Shown one piece after another: positions 1-9,569 of a stretch of 63,318 bases of DNA; the first letter of the stretch is position 1; each line of letters begins with the position of its first letter. Position numbers and translations under genes: made by a program. The notes beneath the pieces are model-generated. The model searched no databases. It had not been told where the DNA came from and was given only the letters and a program-made list of their open reading frames with translations. Source of the DNA: a virus (lineage: Duplodnaviria > Caudoviricetes); IMG/VR virus record IMGVR_UViG_3300037993_001113, positions 1 through 63,318 of that record; one strand, given 5' to 3'.

Positions 1-132
1 CAGAGTTCAATATTGGCCAAAGCAACTGGACCGACGTCCTGATAAAGATCAACGACCTTACCCGGGTAGGGACTGATCCGTCTCTCGGACTGAGCTACGT
101 CAATGTCGTCGGAATACTGATCTATGGGAGCG
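1..132 (+). repeat. Terminal direct repeat (copy 1), circular-assembly overlap
   Basis: 1-132 is identical to 63187-63318 except G127 vs T63313. Confidence 0.97.
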
Positions 133-3068
133 GGGGAACGGTTAACGCCAGCGTGGGGGGGTGCTGGGTTGGGGGAGGTTACGGGCCTGACTGTAATTTC
201 AATATCTACGGCAATCAGGATCCCGAGATTCAGTGGCGCTATCGTTATCGAAACTCATCCACCGGAGCTCACTCGACGGTCAGTCCCGAAACGCGCAATG
301 GTGAAATACTTCGCCGGCAGGGAATTAATTTGACCGCTGCGGCCAGCAGTGATGCACAGGTTGATTATGTGGACTGGGAGCGCAGAGGAGGTTCAAACCC
401 GGACTGGCATTACGTTGGCTCGCAGCCTGTGGCCCTAGGCTACACATTCACCGACACCGTAACCGAAGCAGCAGCACAAATCGGCGATCCGCTGGAGGTT
501 ACATCTTATCAGCCATGGCCGGTAACCGATGTCCCGCATTCCGGGATGGCTCTGGTGGTCGGAACTTCGGTGGTTTATGAATCGGGAGATGAGTTCAATC
601 CGCGCTGGCTGAGAGGCACCGAAATCATCATTGGCGGTAATACATACAGTCTGTTCCAGCCGCCAACAAGCGACACGACGCTGACGCTGGCGCAGTCCGT
701 TCCGGGGACTCCGGGAACGATTTCCTTCTCGGTCCCGGAAGCGACAATCGAAGGTCAGTCGTTGTATGCGGGATGGCTTGATGAGGCCAACAACCGCATC
801 TGTGCCGTGGGGGACCCTCTGAATCCCGGCCTGATGTATTTCAGCAACAACGACAACCCCGACGGGGCCTCCGACAGTGGTTATATCGAGGTCACCACGC
901 CGTCAGAGCCGTTGCTAAACGGATTCTACGCCGAAGGCAGCAACTACGTGTTTACGTCTTCTTCGCTGTACCGGGTCGAGTCCACTCCGGGACAGGCTAA
1001 CCCATACACCAGTTATCGACTTGCAGGGATCGACGGGCTCGCCGGCCCGTGGGCCTTCGATGCGCAGCGCTTCATGTTGTTCTGGTGGGGTCCCGACGGG
1101 ATCTACATGTACAATTTCGGTGCGCAGGCGGTGAACATTACTGCACCGGATTTGTATCCGTTATTCCCCCATTCCGGCCAGTCCGGGCAGCAGGGTATTC
1201 CCGGAGTTCCGGTAAGCATCGGTGGCCAGACAATTTATCCGCCCGATTATGCCGAGACTACTTCGCTTCGGGTGGCCTACAGCGAGTCGTTTGTGTATTG
1301 CTCTTATCTGAACAATGCCTTGCTTTCCAACTACAACGAAACGCTGGTTTTTTCGCTGGACTCCAAAGGGTGGAGAAAAGACGCTTACAGCCCGAATGTG
1401 ACCAATTTTCTGCTGGAGAGAGGAGTTCCTAATCCGCTGCTTCTGGCGGGCGGAAGCGACGGTAATCTGTATCAGGTTTCATCCACAGCGACCGCAGACG
1501 CCGGAGGAGCTATCGCCTGGGCGGTTCTACCGCCTGCGCAAGACGCCGGCGACAGCCGCGCCAACAAGCAATGGGGGGATCTGCTGCTGGACTACAGCAC
1601 CGCTGCCAATGCCAATGCTCCGACGCTGGCGGTTTTCTGGGACGACCTTCTGGTTTCGGGACCGACTCCGGCGGTTGCTTTGTCCTCGTCGAGAACACAG
1701 AAGGTTCTCGATCTGATAACTCCCCCGCAAACCAGTGATACCCTGATTATTCATCGCAACATCACTACGCTGATCTCCGGAACGGGTCCGATCTGGCTTT
1801 ACGAATGGCAACCGTCGTACCTTCCGTTGCCCGAAAACACCACCGCACGCGTGGGGGACTGGCAAATCGGAGGACAGCCCGGTTATAAGTGGATCAATGG
1901 TGTGGTGATCCATATGGACACCGGCAACATCGCCAAGAGCTTCACAATCGAGTACGACAATCAGGTATCTACTGCGGCAATCACCGTTCAGCATAACGGT
2001 GAGCAAAGACTGCCGTATTACTTCGCTCCGATCTACGCCCATGAAGTCCGGCTCGTCCCGCAGGACGATGTGGTTTGCCGGGACTGGCATGATGAGGCGT
2101 GGATTTTCAACCCCGAGCCGGAATACGGGGGAGCTCTGGCGGTCAACTGGGTGAACGGAGGTCAGGAAGGGTATAAGTGGATCAACGGGATTCTTCTGCA
2201 TGCCGACACCTACAACAACGCCAAGGTCATTCAGGTTCAGTTTGATGGCAATGCCGGCCCGACGGTAAACATCACCATTCAGCACAACGGCGAGGAGGCT
2301 TTACCGTACTACTTCACTCCCGTTTACGCCCACGAGATGAGAATTGTCCCTCAGGACGCAGTGGTTTGGCGCTATTGGCCGGATACCGCCTGGATGTTCA
2401 ACATGGAGCCGGAGTACGGTGGGGCACTGGCCGTGAACTGGGTGGATGGAGGAACCCCACATTACAAGTTCGTGCAGGGCTTCCGTTTACATGCGGATAC
2501 GTTCGGCCAGAACAAGCAGATTCAGATCCTCTACGAAGGCGGGATTGCAGGACCCGTCCTGACGATCAACCATAACGGTGAAGAGACGCTTCCGTATTCG
2601 TGGACGCCTCCGTTCAAAGCTCATCTGATGTATATCAAGCCGCTGGATAACGTCCCCTGGCGTTACTGGCCCAATACAGAATGGGTCTATGAGATCGAAC
2701 CAGAGCCGGCGAATTACTGGATCACCCAACCTACGGCGATGGGACAGCAGGGCTATCTGCATACACGAGAGATGTGGCTGGCGTTCGCCGGCGCCACTGC
2801 CGGGGGTGTGGTCAGCGTGATAGTCGACGGAAATCTGACGGTTTTAGCCACTCTTCCTACCGCGGCATCACCGGTGAAGAAATACTTCCCTCTGCCGCCG
2901 CTGAAAGGGCTGTACTGGCAGCTCACCGGATCGGGCACAGGATTGCAGTTCTACGAAAAGGATATCGAGTTTCTGGTGAAGCCGTGGGCTTCGACCGGTC
3001 CCTATCAGAGGGTAAAGCCATTCGGCGACGTATCCGGTGGTGCCGGAGTATCGGGAGCGAAAATCTGA
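1..3068 (+). CDS. Tail tubular B/nozzle-like protein, 3' part
   Basis: Frame open from base 3. Beta-propeller-like segments (MYFSNNDNPD, WWGPDGIYMYN). Three ~97-aa internal repeats near the C-terminus. Confidence 0.75.
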   Translation, partial: EFNIGQSNWTDVLIKINDLTRVGTDPSLGLSYVNVVGILIYGSGGTVNASVGGCWVGGGYGPDCNFNIYGNQDPEIQWRYRYRNSSTGAHSTVSPETRNGEILRRQGINLTAAASSDAQVDYVDWERRGGSNPDWHYVGSQPVALGYTFTDTVTEAAAQIGDPLEVTSYQPWPVTDVPHSGMALVVGTSVVYESGDEFNPRWLRGTEIIIGGNTYSLFQPPTSDTTLTLAQSVPGTPGTISFSVPEATIEGQSLYAGWLDEANNRICAVGDPLNPGLMYFSNNDNPDGASDSGYIEVTTPSEPLLNGFYAEGSNYVFTSSSLYRVESTPGQANPYTSYRLAGIDGLAGPWAFDAQRFMLFWWGPDGIYMYNFGAQAVNITAPDLYPLFPHSGQSGQQGIPGVPVSIGGQTIYPPDYAETTSLRVAYSESFVYCSYLNNALLSNYNETLVFSLDSKGWRKDAYSPNVTNFLLERGVPNPLLLAGGSDGNLYQVSSTATADAGGAIAWAVLPPAQDAGDSRANKQWGDLLLDYSTAANANAPTLAVFWDDLLVSGPTPAVALSSSRTQKVLDLITPPQTSDTLIIHRNITTLISGTGPIWLYEWQPSYLPLPENTTARVGDWQIGGQPGYKWINGVVIHMDTGNIAKSFTIEYDNQVSTAAITVQHNGEQRLPYYFAPIYAHEVRLVPQDDVVCRDWHDEAWIFNPEPEYGGALAVNWVNGGQEGYKWINGILLHADTYNNAKVIQVQFDGNAGPTVNITIQHNGEEALPYYFTPVYAHEMRIVPQDAVVWRYWPDTAWMFNMEPEYGGALAVNWVDGGTPHYKFVQGFRLHADTFGQNKQIQILYEGGIAGPVLTINHNGEETLPYSWTPPFKAHLMYIKPLDNVPWRYWPNTEWVYEIEPEPANYWITQPTAMGQQGYLHTREMWLAFAGATAGGVVSVIVDGNLTVLATLPTAASPVKKYFPLPPLKGLYWQLTGSGTGLQFYEKDIEFLVKPWASTGPYQRVKPFGDVSGGAGVSGAKI

Positions 3069-4387
3069 TGGCACGCAGAGCCGGTCCTCCTCCGGTAGGA
3101 ATTAACCCGAATATTCCTCTTCCGATACAGCGTGATCTCCGCAAAGTTGCCGATTTCGCTTTTGATGCGCAGAGCAGGGCAGAAGCAGCCCAGGCGACAG
3201 CAGCAACAAAGTTTGGCAAAGAAGACCTGCTGGAGATCGCCACGGCCGTGCGTGCGGAGTTTCAACCTGGCGGCGAGGTCCCTTTCAGTATCACCGGGCT
3301 TCTGGGGCAGGCGGCGCAGCCGCAGATCGCGGGTCTGCCTACGCTGACGGCGCTTCCCATCGCCGGGGTTTACAATCAGGTCAACACCGCTGTGGTGGTG
3401 AATGGCGTGCTGTACGTGTATGCACGTCCGATAGGGAATCCTTCAGCACCTCCGGCGTGGACGCCGGTGTCCGCAGTCACGGTGATTGAAGACACCCATG
3501 CCAACCGCGTATCTCTGCCTCAGTATGCCGCCGCCAACTACCCGGCCGGACCGCACTTTGGAACGACGTTTTTCTGGGAGACAAACTCAACCCTGACTGA
3601 CCGTCAAAGTCTCTATGTTGTCCAGCAGATCAGCGGCGTAAATAAGTGGGTTTTCGTTACCGGACTCTACCGTGATGTAATCGGCAACATTCCAACGGAT
3701 TTGGGTACGCTCGATACTGGTTTCCTGTTCAGAATAACCGGGCAGTCACTTACCCTCCGTTGGCTTGGGACCGTGTGGTCTTACGACTCCGGCATCTACA
3801 TAGGCACATTTTCGGCAGTCGTTTCATTTGCGGCAGCACTTTCCGGCGTAGGAGCAGGGCCGCCGGCCTTTGATTCCACCTACGAACACAACTGGATATG
3901 GAACGGCTCAACGTTCATTCTGAACGGCGAGAGTTCCCAGCAACGGGTCATGACGGGAGGATCCGCCCCCCAAGGCGGCGTCTGGTATCCGTGCGATGGG
4001 GGAACTTATACGTGCGTAACGTCACCCATTGGCACCGCGAGTATACCTACTCAAAACCTGAACAATCCGGTTGGAACCCCACCCGAGCCAGCCCTGCTGA
4101 TGACTGGCGGAACGGCGGCGCTATCTCCAGCGACAGCACCGAAATGGGACGCCGCGGCGGTTACGGACGATGAAAGCTCGCATGCGCACAGTGTGGGAGA
4201 TACAACCGCAAATATCACCACCGTCGCCGGGGCCACGACGGTGGTAACCAGCGTGAACGGAACGACAGGCCCCGGGAGCGCGCACCATCACGCGCTAAGC
4301 AATGCAAACGCGAAGATCAACCCGCCGGGCGTGGCGAACGGCGGTCTTGCACAGTATTATGGAACGAGTTGGTTTATGAGGGCATGA
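3068..4387 (+). CDS. Tail protein with collar-like C-terminal region (putative short fibre/adaptor)
   Basis: TGATG coupling at 3068. 'PQGGVWYPCDG' and HxH motifs (HAHS, HHH) resemble tail-collar/fibre tips. Confidence 0.55.
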   Translation: MARRAGPPPVGINPNIPLPIQRDLRKVADFAFDAQSRAEAAQATAATKFGKEDLLEIATAVRAEFQPGGEVPFSITGLLGQAAQPQIAGLPTLTALPIAGVYNQVNTAVVVNGVLYVYARPIGNPSAPPAWTPVSAVTVIEDTHANRVSLPQYAAANYPAGPHFGTTFFWETNSTLTDRQSLYVVQQISGVNKWVFVTGLYRDVIGNIPTDLGTLDTGFLFRITGQSLTLRWLGTVWSYDSGIYIGTFSAVVSFAAALSGVGAGPPAFDSTYEHNWIWNGSTFILNGESSQQRVMTGGSAPQGGVWYPCDGGTYTCVTSPIGTASIPTQNLNNPVGTPPEPALLMTGGTAALSPATAPKWDAAAVTDDESSHAHSVGDTTANITTVAGATTVVTSVNGTTGPGSAHHHALSNANAKINPPGVANGGLAQYYGTSWFMRA

Positions 4388-6639
4388 TGAGATTGTTAAT
4401 TGGTTTTCTTATAGCAGCGGCCGCTTATGCTCAGTCCTACTGCCGGGTGTGGAACTGGGCTGAGCAGGGTAACCAGACCATTGCGGTTCTCGGGTATCAG
4501 TCCTCTCCGACAACGCCGGTCCAGGCGTCCTACCCCAACGCCACGATTACGGTTTTCACCAGCGGATCACAGAGCATCGCTTCAGCGACATACGTGAGCG
4601 GAGGGTCATTCACCGGTGCCCAGGGTTCCACAGCCACGGTCGCGTTCCTGGGTGTTCCGTTATCCGCGGGCAGCGGAGCCATCGGAACCCTGACACTGAC
4701 GGGAACCAACACGGTAGCTCCGGGTACGCCGATCGCCATCAATGCATCGGGCAGCGGGTTCCTCAACCCATCGGTCAGCGGTGTTTTGAGCAACGGGACC
4801 GCAACTGCTTCGGGAACCATTGTTTTGAAGAGTGTGATGACCGGCACGCTGGCAACGATCTATTCGGACAGTCTTGGAAACCCACAAACGAACCCGTTCA
4901 CTCTGACTGCCGGAAGCACAGCCAGTGGCAACGGCTACTCATTCTTCTACGCGCTGTGCGGGGCGCATGTAGATGTTCAGATTTCAGGAACCGGGGTTCC
5001 CGTACCCTTCACTCTGGGAGACATAATCGCTGGCGGAGGAGGAAGCAGCGGAGGAAATTCGGTAACGATATCATGTCCCGCTACAGGTGGTGATGTGGCT
5101 CCGGCAATCAATGCCGCGATCACTTACATTCAATCAGGCAGTGGCAGAGGTGGAGTGATATCGTTTACGGGAAGTTCGCAGACATGTACCATTGGCTCAA
5201 CCGTTGTTATTCCTGCTGGCATCACGCTGAATGTTCAGAGCGCCCAACTATCCAGCACGATAAATCCGGTGGTTCAGTTGGGCGGAAACTATTCCGCACT
5301 GGTCGGAGCACCTGGGGGAAGCGCTGAAATAAGTTCTTCGTGCACAACCGGGCGAGTCGTGTTCATTTCAAGCAGTATACCGAATAACGCAGTCTGGCAT
5401 CCCGAGGTCTCCAATCTGCACATTGACGTAACGGGAAGCGCGGGAAGCTGCAATGGTCTTGAAGCACAATCCTGGTACGGACATTATAACGATCTGTACA
5501 TCACACACTCCGGGGCTTCAGGAGGACTGGGCACAGGCAATGCCGTAGTGCTGGAGGATCAGGACCCGTCAGGAAACGGCGTCGGAGCTTATCTGAACAA
5601 TTTCACGAACCTGCGAGCCGGAGATAATCCCGGAGGCGTTCCTATGGGCTTCGGAACGGGGATTTTTCTGCACAATGAAAACGCCGCATGGGGAGTCACC
5701 CAAACCAATTTCTTCAACACATACTCGACTTGGAACAACGTGGCGCTGAAAACGCAGGCTACCACCAGCGTGCAGGTTCGCTGGACCAGCTTCTTCGGAG
5801 GAGGCCTGTCCTACAGCAACAGTGACAATGTGCAGTTGTCAGGCAGCGACCAGATTTCGTTCCATGGCGTGGACAACGAGGGCTCTGCAACCGGATACGG
5901 GATCAACTGCAACGGCTCAAACGGTGAGTTGTACGCAGGATTTGGCAGTTCCTTTGGAAATAACTCACTGGGGACCTATGCGGCAGCGTGCAGCGATACG
6001 GACGGTTTTGGTAAATCATGGGATGCCAGCGATCATGCGGGAGTTGACGAAGAAACGATCCTGTTCAACGGAAGTCTTCAGCGGCTGAAAATGCAAAATC
6101 TGGGTTACACCACTCCGACCGAGATCGGCTACCACTGGACCGGGAATATTTGGGAAATCGGAAATAATCTTAAGCGCATTTCAAGCACCCAGGCGAACCT
6201 CATTGATCCAACGCAGGGCGGCGGTATTCTTTCCATGGGTCTGGGTTCGCTTTGCTGGTATACGGCAACCGCCGGAAGCAATCCCAGAACCCTCACGCAG
6301 GTGTGGTGTTCGGCTCCGAATATGGTTGCCTCTTCCCTGCAATCGACTGGTCTGACGACTATCGGAACAAACCTTCAATTTGGAGCGGTTGGTTCTCATA
6401 TTCAGGAGGATGGGGCAAACGCCGACGCATCAGGGAAGTGCGGCATCAGCGGGACCACCTGCACCTATACTTTCAATACGCCCTATACGTCGAATGCTCC
6501 GGCATGTACGGCAAGCGATGAGAACAATCCGGCTCCCGTTCAGGTTGCGGTGAGCACGACGGCGGTTACGTTCACAATCGGGACCGGTGGAGCAAGCGGA
6601 GATAAGATTGATTTCCATTGCTTTGGATACCCGAATTAG
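4384..6639 (+). CDS. Tailspike-like beta-helix protein with N-terminal signal peptide
   Basis: MMRLLIGFLIAAAAYA-Q leader. 'DVAPAINAAI..G.GGVI' is a pectate-lyase-3-type cap followed by N/G/S-rich beta-helix coils. Confidence 0.65.
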   Translation: MMRLLIGFLIAAAAYAQSYCRVWNWAEQGNQTIAVLGYQSSPTTPVQASYPNATITVFTSGSQSIASATYVSGGSFTGAQGSTATVAFLGVPLSAGSGAIGTLTLTGTNTVAPGTPIAINASGSGFLNPSVSGVLSNGTATASGTIVLKSVMTGTLATIYSDSLGNPQTNPFTLTAGSTASGNGYSFFYALCGAHVDVQISGTGVPVPFTLGDIIAGGGGSSGGNSVTISCPATGGDVAPAINAAITYIQSGSGRGGVISFTGSSQTCTIGSTVVIPAGITLNVQSAQLSSTINPVVQLGGNYSALVGAPGGSAEISSSCTTGRVVFISSSIPNNAVWHPEVSNLHIDVTGSAGSCNGLEAQSWYGHYNDLYITHSGASGGLGTGNAVVLEDQDPSGNGVGAYLNNFTNLRAGDNPGGVPMGFGTGIFLHNENAAWGVTQTNFFNTYSTWNNVALKTQATTSVQVRWTSFFGGGLSYSNSDNVQLSGSDQISFHGVDNEGSATGYGINCNGSNGELYAGFGSSFGNNSLGTYAAACSDTDGFGKSWDASDHAGVDEETILFNGSLQRLKMQNLGYTTPTEIGYHWTGNIWEIGNNLKRISSTQANLIDPTQGGGILSMGLGSLCWYTATAGSNPRTLTQVWCSAPNMVASSLQSTGLTTIGTNLQFGAVGSHIQEDGANADASGKCGISGTTCTYTFNTPYTSNAPACTASDENNPAPVQVAVSTTAVTFTIGTGGASGDKIDFHCFGYPN

Positions 6640-8853
6640 ATGAGAGCTCGAATTACGATCATGCAGCTTTACCTTCTTCCCGGAAATTTCACGCGCCCTG
6701 ACAAACTGCATTGTCTGCGATTGTGGTTGTCAGCAGCGATTGTTAGCGCATCTCTCTGTGCTCAGAATGCAATCCCGGTAGTGTCGGCAGCCAATCCCGT
6801 ACAGGAGGGGCAGCCGTCAATCGGGGCCACCTGCATCATTCCCTCGCCTTTCTATGTAAACCTGAACACCGGCGCAATGACTTCGTGCCAGCACGTGCTC
6901 AGCGGGTACGGCGTGTGGACGGGGATATCCGGTTCGGGGAGCATTTTCGCCTCCTACCAGTTCGGAACGCAGGCGGCGCTTACCGGGACGGGGCTGTACC
7001 TGCAAACCACTTACCCGGCGATGTTCACGACCACGCAGACCGGCTCGGGAACGTCAGGAGCGCCCTATGTGGACGCGATCACGCTCACGTCTCAGAACGC
7101 TAATCAGGTGTTTGCCGCCCCGAACGGCTCTGCCGGTGCTCCTGGATTCAGGGCGCTCGTTGGCGCGGACCTTCCATTGCCTACAGCCAGTACTATCGGC
7201 GGTATCGAATCAATTACGGAAGCCACCCATAACTGGATTTCGTATATCGATACTTCCGGCGTTCCGCATCAATCTCAACCGGCCTGCGGTGACCTAAGTA
7301 ACGCGGGCACCGCGTGTCAGTCTAATACCTCGGCATTCCAGGCTGCTGCTGCTTCTGCGGTTGACCTTGGCGGTTCCTCCACTCCATTCCGCTATCTCTA
7401 CCTATACGGCGGGGGCTCGTTCGGCTCGAATGCCTATCAGTTTCTTGGGACCCCTACAGCCGCGCGAACCTTCACGCTCCCGGACGCAAACTCGAATCCA
7501 ATCCAGGGAATCGCCAACCCGAGCGATACGGAAGTTGTTAACTACATCGATACCAGCGGCGTTCAACATCGCATCGCGCAAAGCGGCGGGGGCACCGTCA
7601 CCGTAGTAGGCTCCGGGTCGCTCACAAACACGGAATGCGTCACGGGCGGCGGGACAACCACAATCCAGACACCAAGCGCGAATTGCACCGTGGACTCCAG
7701 CGGGAACCAGACTGTCAACAGCCTGCACACCGGCGGTGCTTCGCCGACCGACAGCGGCAGCGCGGTTTTCAACGGGATATCGAGCGGCGCAGTCGGTATC
7801 GGAGCTGCGGACGCGGCGGGAGCGTCAATCCTCTACGTTCTTCCGAGTACGAACGGGCTGGCCAATCAGGCTCTTATCGACACCGGCGCGACAACCTGCC
7901 CGACGCTTCCGGCGGGGTCTCCGACAGTCTGCCACCTGCTGCAGTTTGTCACGACGGTCGCCTCGGCCACGACCGCAACTAATGTGGCCGGCGGTGCGGT
8001 GGGTTCGCTTCCCTATCAAAGCGCAGCAGCAACTACACTGTTTGTTTCCGGCAATACGGCGGCTACCGATGAGGTCCTTGTGAGCCATGGAACCGGTTCA
8101 GCCGCGCAGGCACCTACGCTCACTAATACCCCCGCACTTGGCGGGGCCAATTTCACAGGAGTTCCGCTTGCCAGCATCATCAACGGCACGCAGGGTGGTT
8201 TGGTTGCGGGCGGCGGCAGTGCGGCTGCCCCTCAGGTTGGCGCGGCGGGAACAGCGAAGCAACTTGCACTATCGGGCGGCACGGGAGCACCGACATTCAT
8301 CGACTTCCCTGAACGCTACATGATCCCGGCGGCGAACTGCAACAACGCAACGGCTGGAGCAGGGTGGTCTATCGGATCGGGCGGCACGGTGACCTGTCGC
8401 GCGGGCACCAATAATCTCGGCGGGTTCGTATCAATCTCAGACACGGCGGGAACGTTCGCGCAGTTCATGGTGAGTATCCCGGCAGATTGGGACACGAGCA
8501 CATTGCCATATGTCGGTGTTGGATTCGAGGTTGCCAGTGACACTACCAGCGGGCACACCGTCATTCCTGAAGTGGCGATCTCCTGTCCAGGCGCAGTGAA
8601 CGGCACGGTTTCTGATGACCACGCACTGACCGGATATCTCGCGCTTACCACGGTCACTCTCGGCGGGAGCGCCGTTGCGCACGGGTTCTACACGACCTCA
8701 ATTCAGCTTGATTCGACGCGCATGAGCGGATGCGTGGCAGGTGGGTTCATGATCGTCTCGATAGGCAGGGCCACGGATACAGCAACGGGGGTGACCGGGT
8801 TCTACTATGCCGATGTGACCTTCCCGAGACTGCTAGCTGTACAGGCTAATTAA
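6640..8853 (+). CDS. Tail fibre-like G/T/S/A-rich protein (start uncertain; hydrophobic leader ending SLCA-Q)
   Basis: Fibre-type repeats (NQVFAAPNGSAGAPGFRALVGADLP); lies in the tail module. Confidence 0.6.
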   Translation: MRARITIMQLYLLPGNFTRPDKLHCLRLWLSAAIVSASLCAQNAIPVVSAANPVQEGQPSIGATCIIPSPFYVNLNTGAMTSCQHVLSGYGVWTGISGSGSIFASYQFGTQAALTGTGLYLQTTYPAMFTTTQTGSGTSGAPYVDAITLTSQNANQVFAAPNGSAGAPGFRALVGADLPLPTASTIGGIESITEATHNWISYIDTSGVPHQSQPACGDLSNAGTACQSNTSAFQAAAASAVDLGGSSTPFRYLYLYGGGSFGSNAYQFLGTPTAARTFTLPDANSNPIQGIANPSDTEVVNYIDTSGVQHRIAQSGGGTVTVVGSGSLTNTECVTGGGTTTIQTPSANCTVDSSGNQTVNSLHTGGASPTDSGSAVFNGISSGAVGIGAADAAGASILYVLPSTNGLANQALIDTGATTCPTLPAGSPTVCHLLQFVTTVASATTATNVAGGAVGSLPYQSAAATTLFVSGNTAATDEVLVSHGTGSAAQAPTLTNTPALGGANFTGVPLASIINGTQGGLVAGGGSAAAPQVGAAGTAKQLALSGGTGAPTFIDFPERYMIPAANCNNATAGAGWSIGSGGTVTCRAGTNNLGGFVSISDTAGTFAQFMVSIPADWDTSTLPYVGVGFEVASDTTSGHTVIPEVAISCPGAVNGTVSDDHALTGYLALTTVTLGGSAVAHGFYTTSIQLDSTRMSGCVAGGFMIVSIGRATDTATGVTGFYYADVTFPRLLAVQAN

Positions 8854-8854
8854 C

Positions 8855-9568
8855 ATGCCTCATTCACTGATCGCCATTCTCTGCTGGCTGTTTGCTGGGC
8901 AGTATGTGCCTTTCTCGTTCACTCCGGCTTCATCCAACAGTTTCACTCCGCAGAACCCCCTGACAAACTACACTTCAAACTGCGGCGGAACATCGGGGGG
9001 AACCTGCGCCACGGGATCACAGCCAACCGTGCCGATACACGTAACACGTCTCGTCGGATTCTGGATACTCGGGAACGGCTGTCCTACGGCTGGCACAACT
9101 GATGTGACCAGCACGAACGGAGACATCTGGACTAATAATGGCGGGACATACGATGGGGCTACCGGTTATGCAGTATGCGTCGCTGGGGTAGCAAACTCTC
9201 TCGGCGGAACGAATGACATCGTGACCGCATCGGTGCCAACCGGAGCTGCCCGAGGCATTTCCTATATGGACCTGACGTGGATGGGGACCACACCCACGTT
9301 GTCTTTTGTTTCAGCCAATACAACAAATTCAAGTCCGTGGGCGCTGGTAAATCCCTCGATATCCACAAATTCCGCAATCCTTCAGGTGTGTGGCGTCGCC
9401 ACGACTGGTTCGTACACAAGCGTGACAGGCGGATACGCTGGCGTGGCAGGTTCTAACCCGGCGAGCCGTTATAGTTGGTTTGTCTACAACACGTTAGTGG
9501 GCACGGGGAATGTTACGTGGCCGAGCACGACTGCTCAGAATTGCGCGGCAGTAATAGCCTACCAATAA
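8855..9568 (+). CDS. Putative tail-tip/accessory beta protein with hydrophobic N-terminus
   Basis: Tight operon spacing; T/S/G-rich, Cys pairs. Confidence 0.5.
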   Translation: MPHSLIAILCWLFAGQYVPFSFTPASSNSFTPQNPLTNYTSNCGGTSGGTCATGSQPTVPIHVTRLVGFWILGNGCPTAGTTDVTSTNGDIWTNNGGTYDGATGYAVCVAGVANSLGGTNDIVTASVPTGAARGISYMDLTWMGTTPTLSFVSANTTNSSPWALVNPSISTNSAILQVCGVATTGSYTSVTGGYAGVAGSNPASRYSWFVYNTLVGTGNVTWPSTTAQNCAAVIAYQ

Positions 9569-9569
9569 C

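Noticed and set aside
6637-6642. Read-through fusion of the two tail genes (TAG ATG in frame)
   Set aside because: The first gene ends in a plausible C-terminus and the second has its own hydrophobic leader; no supporting signal
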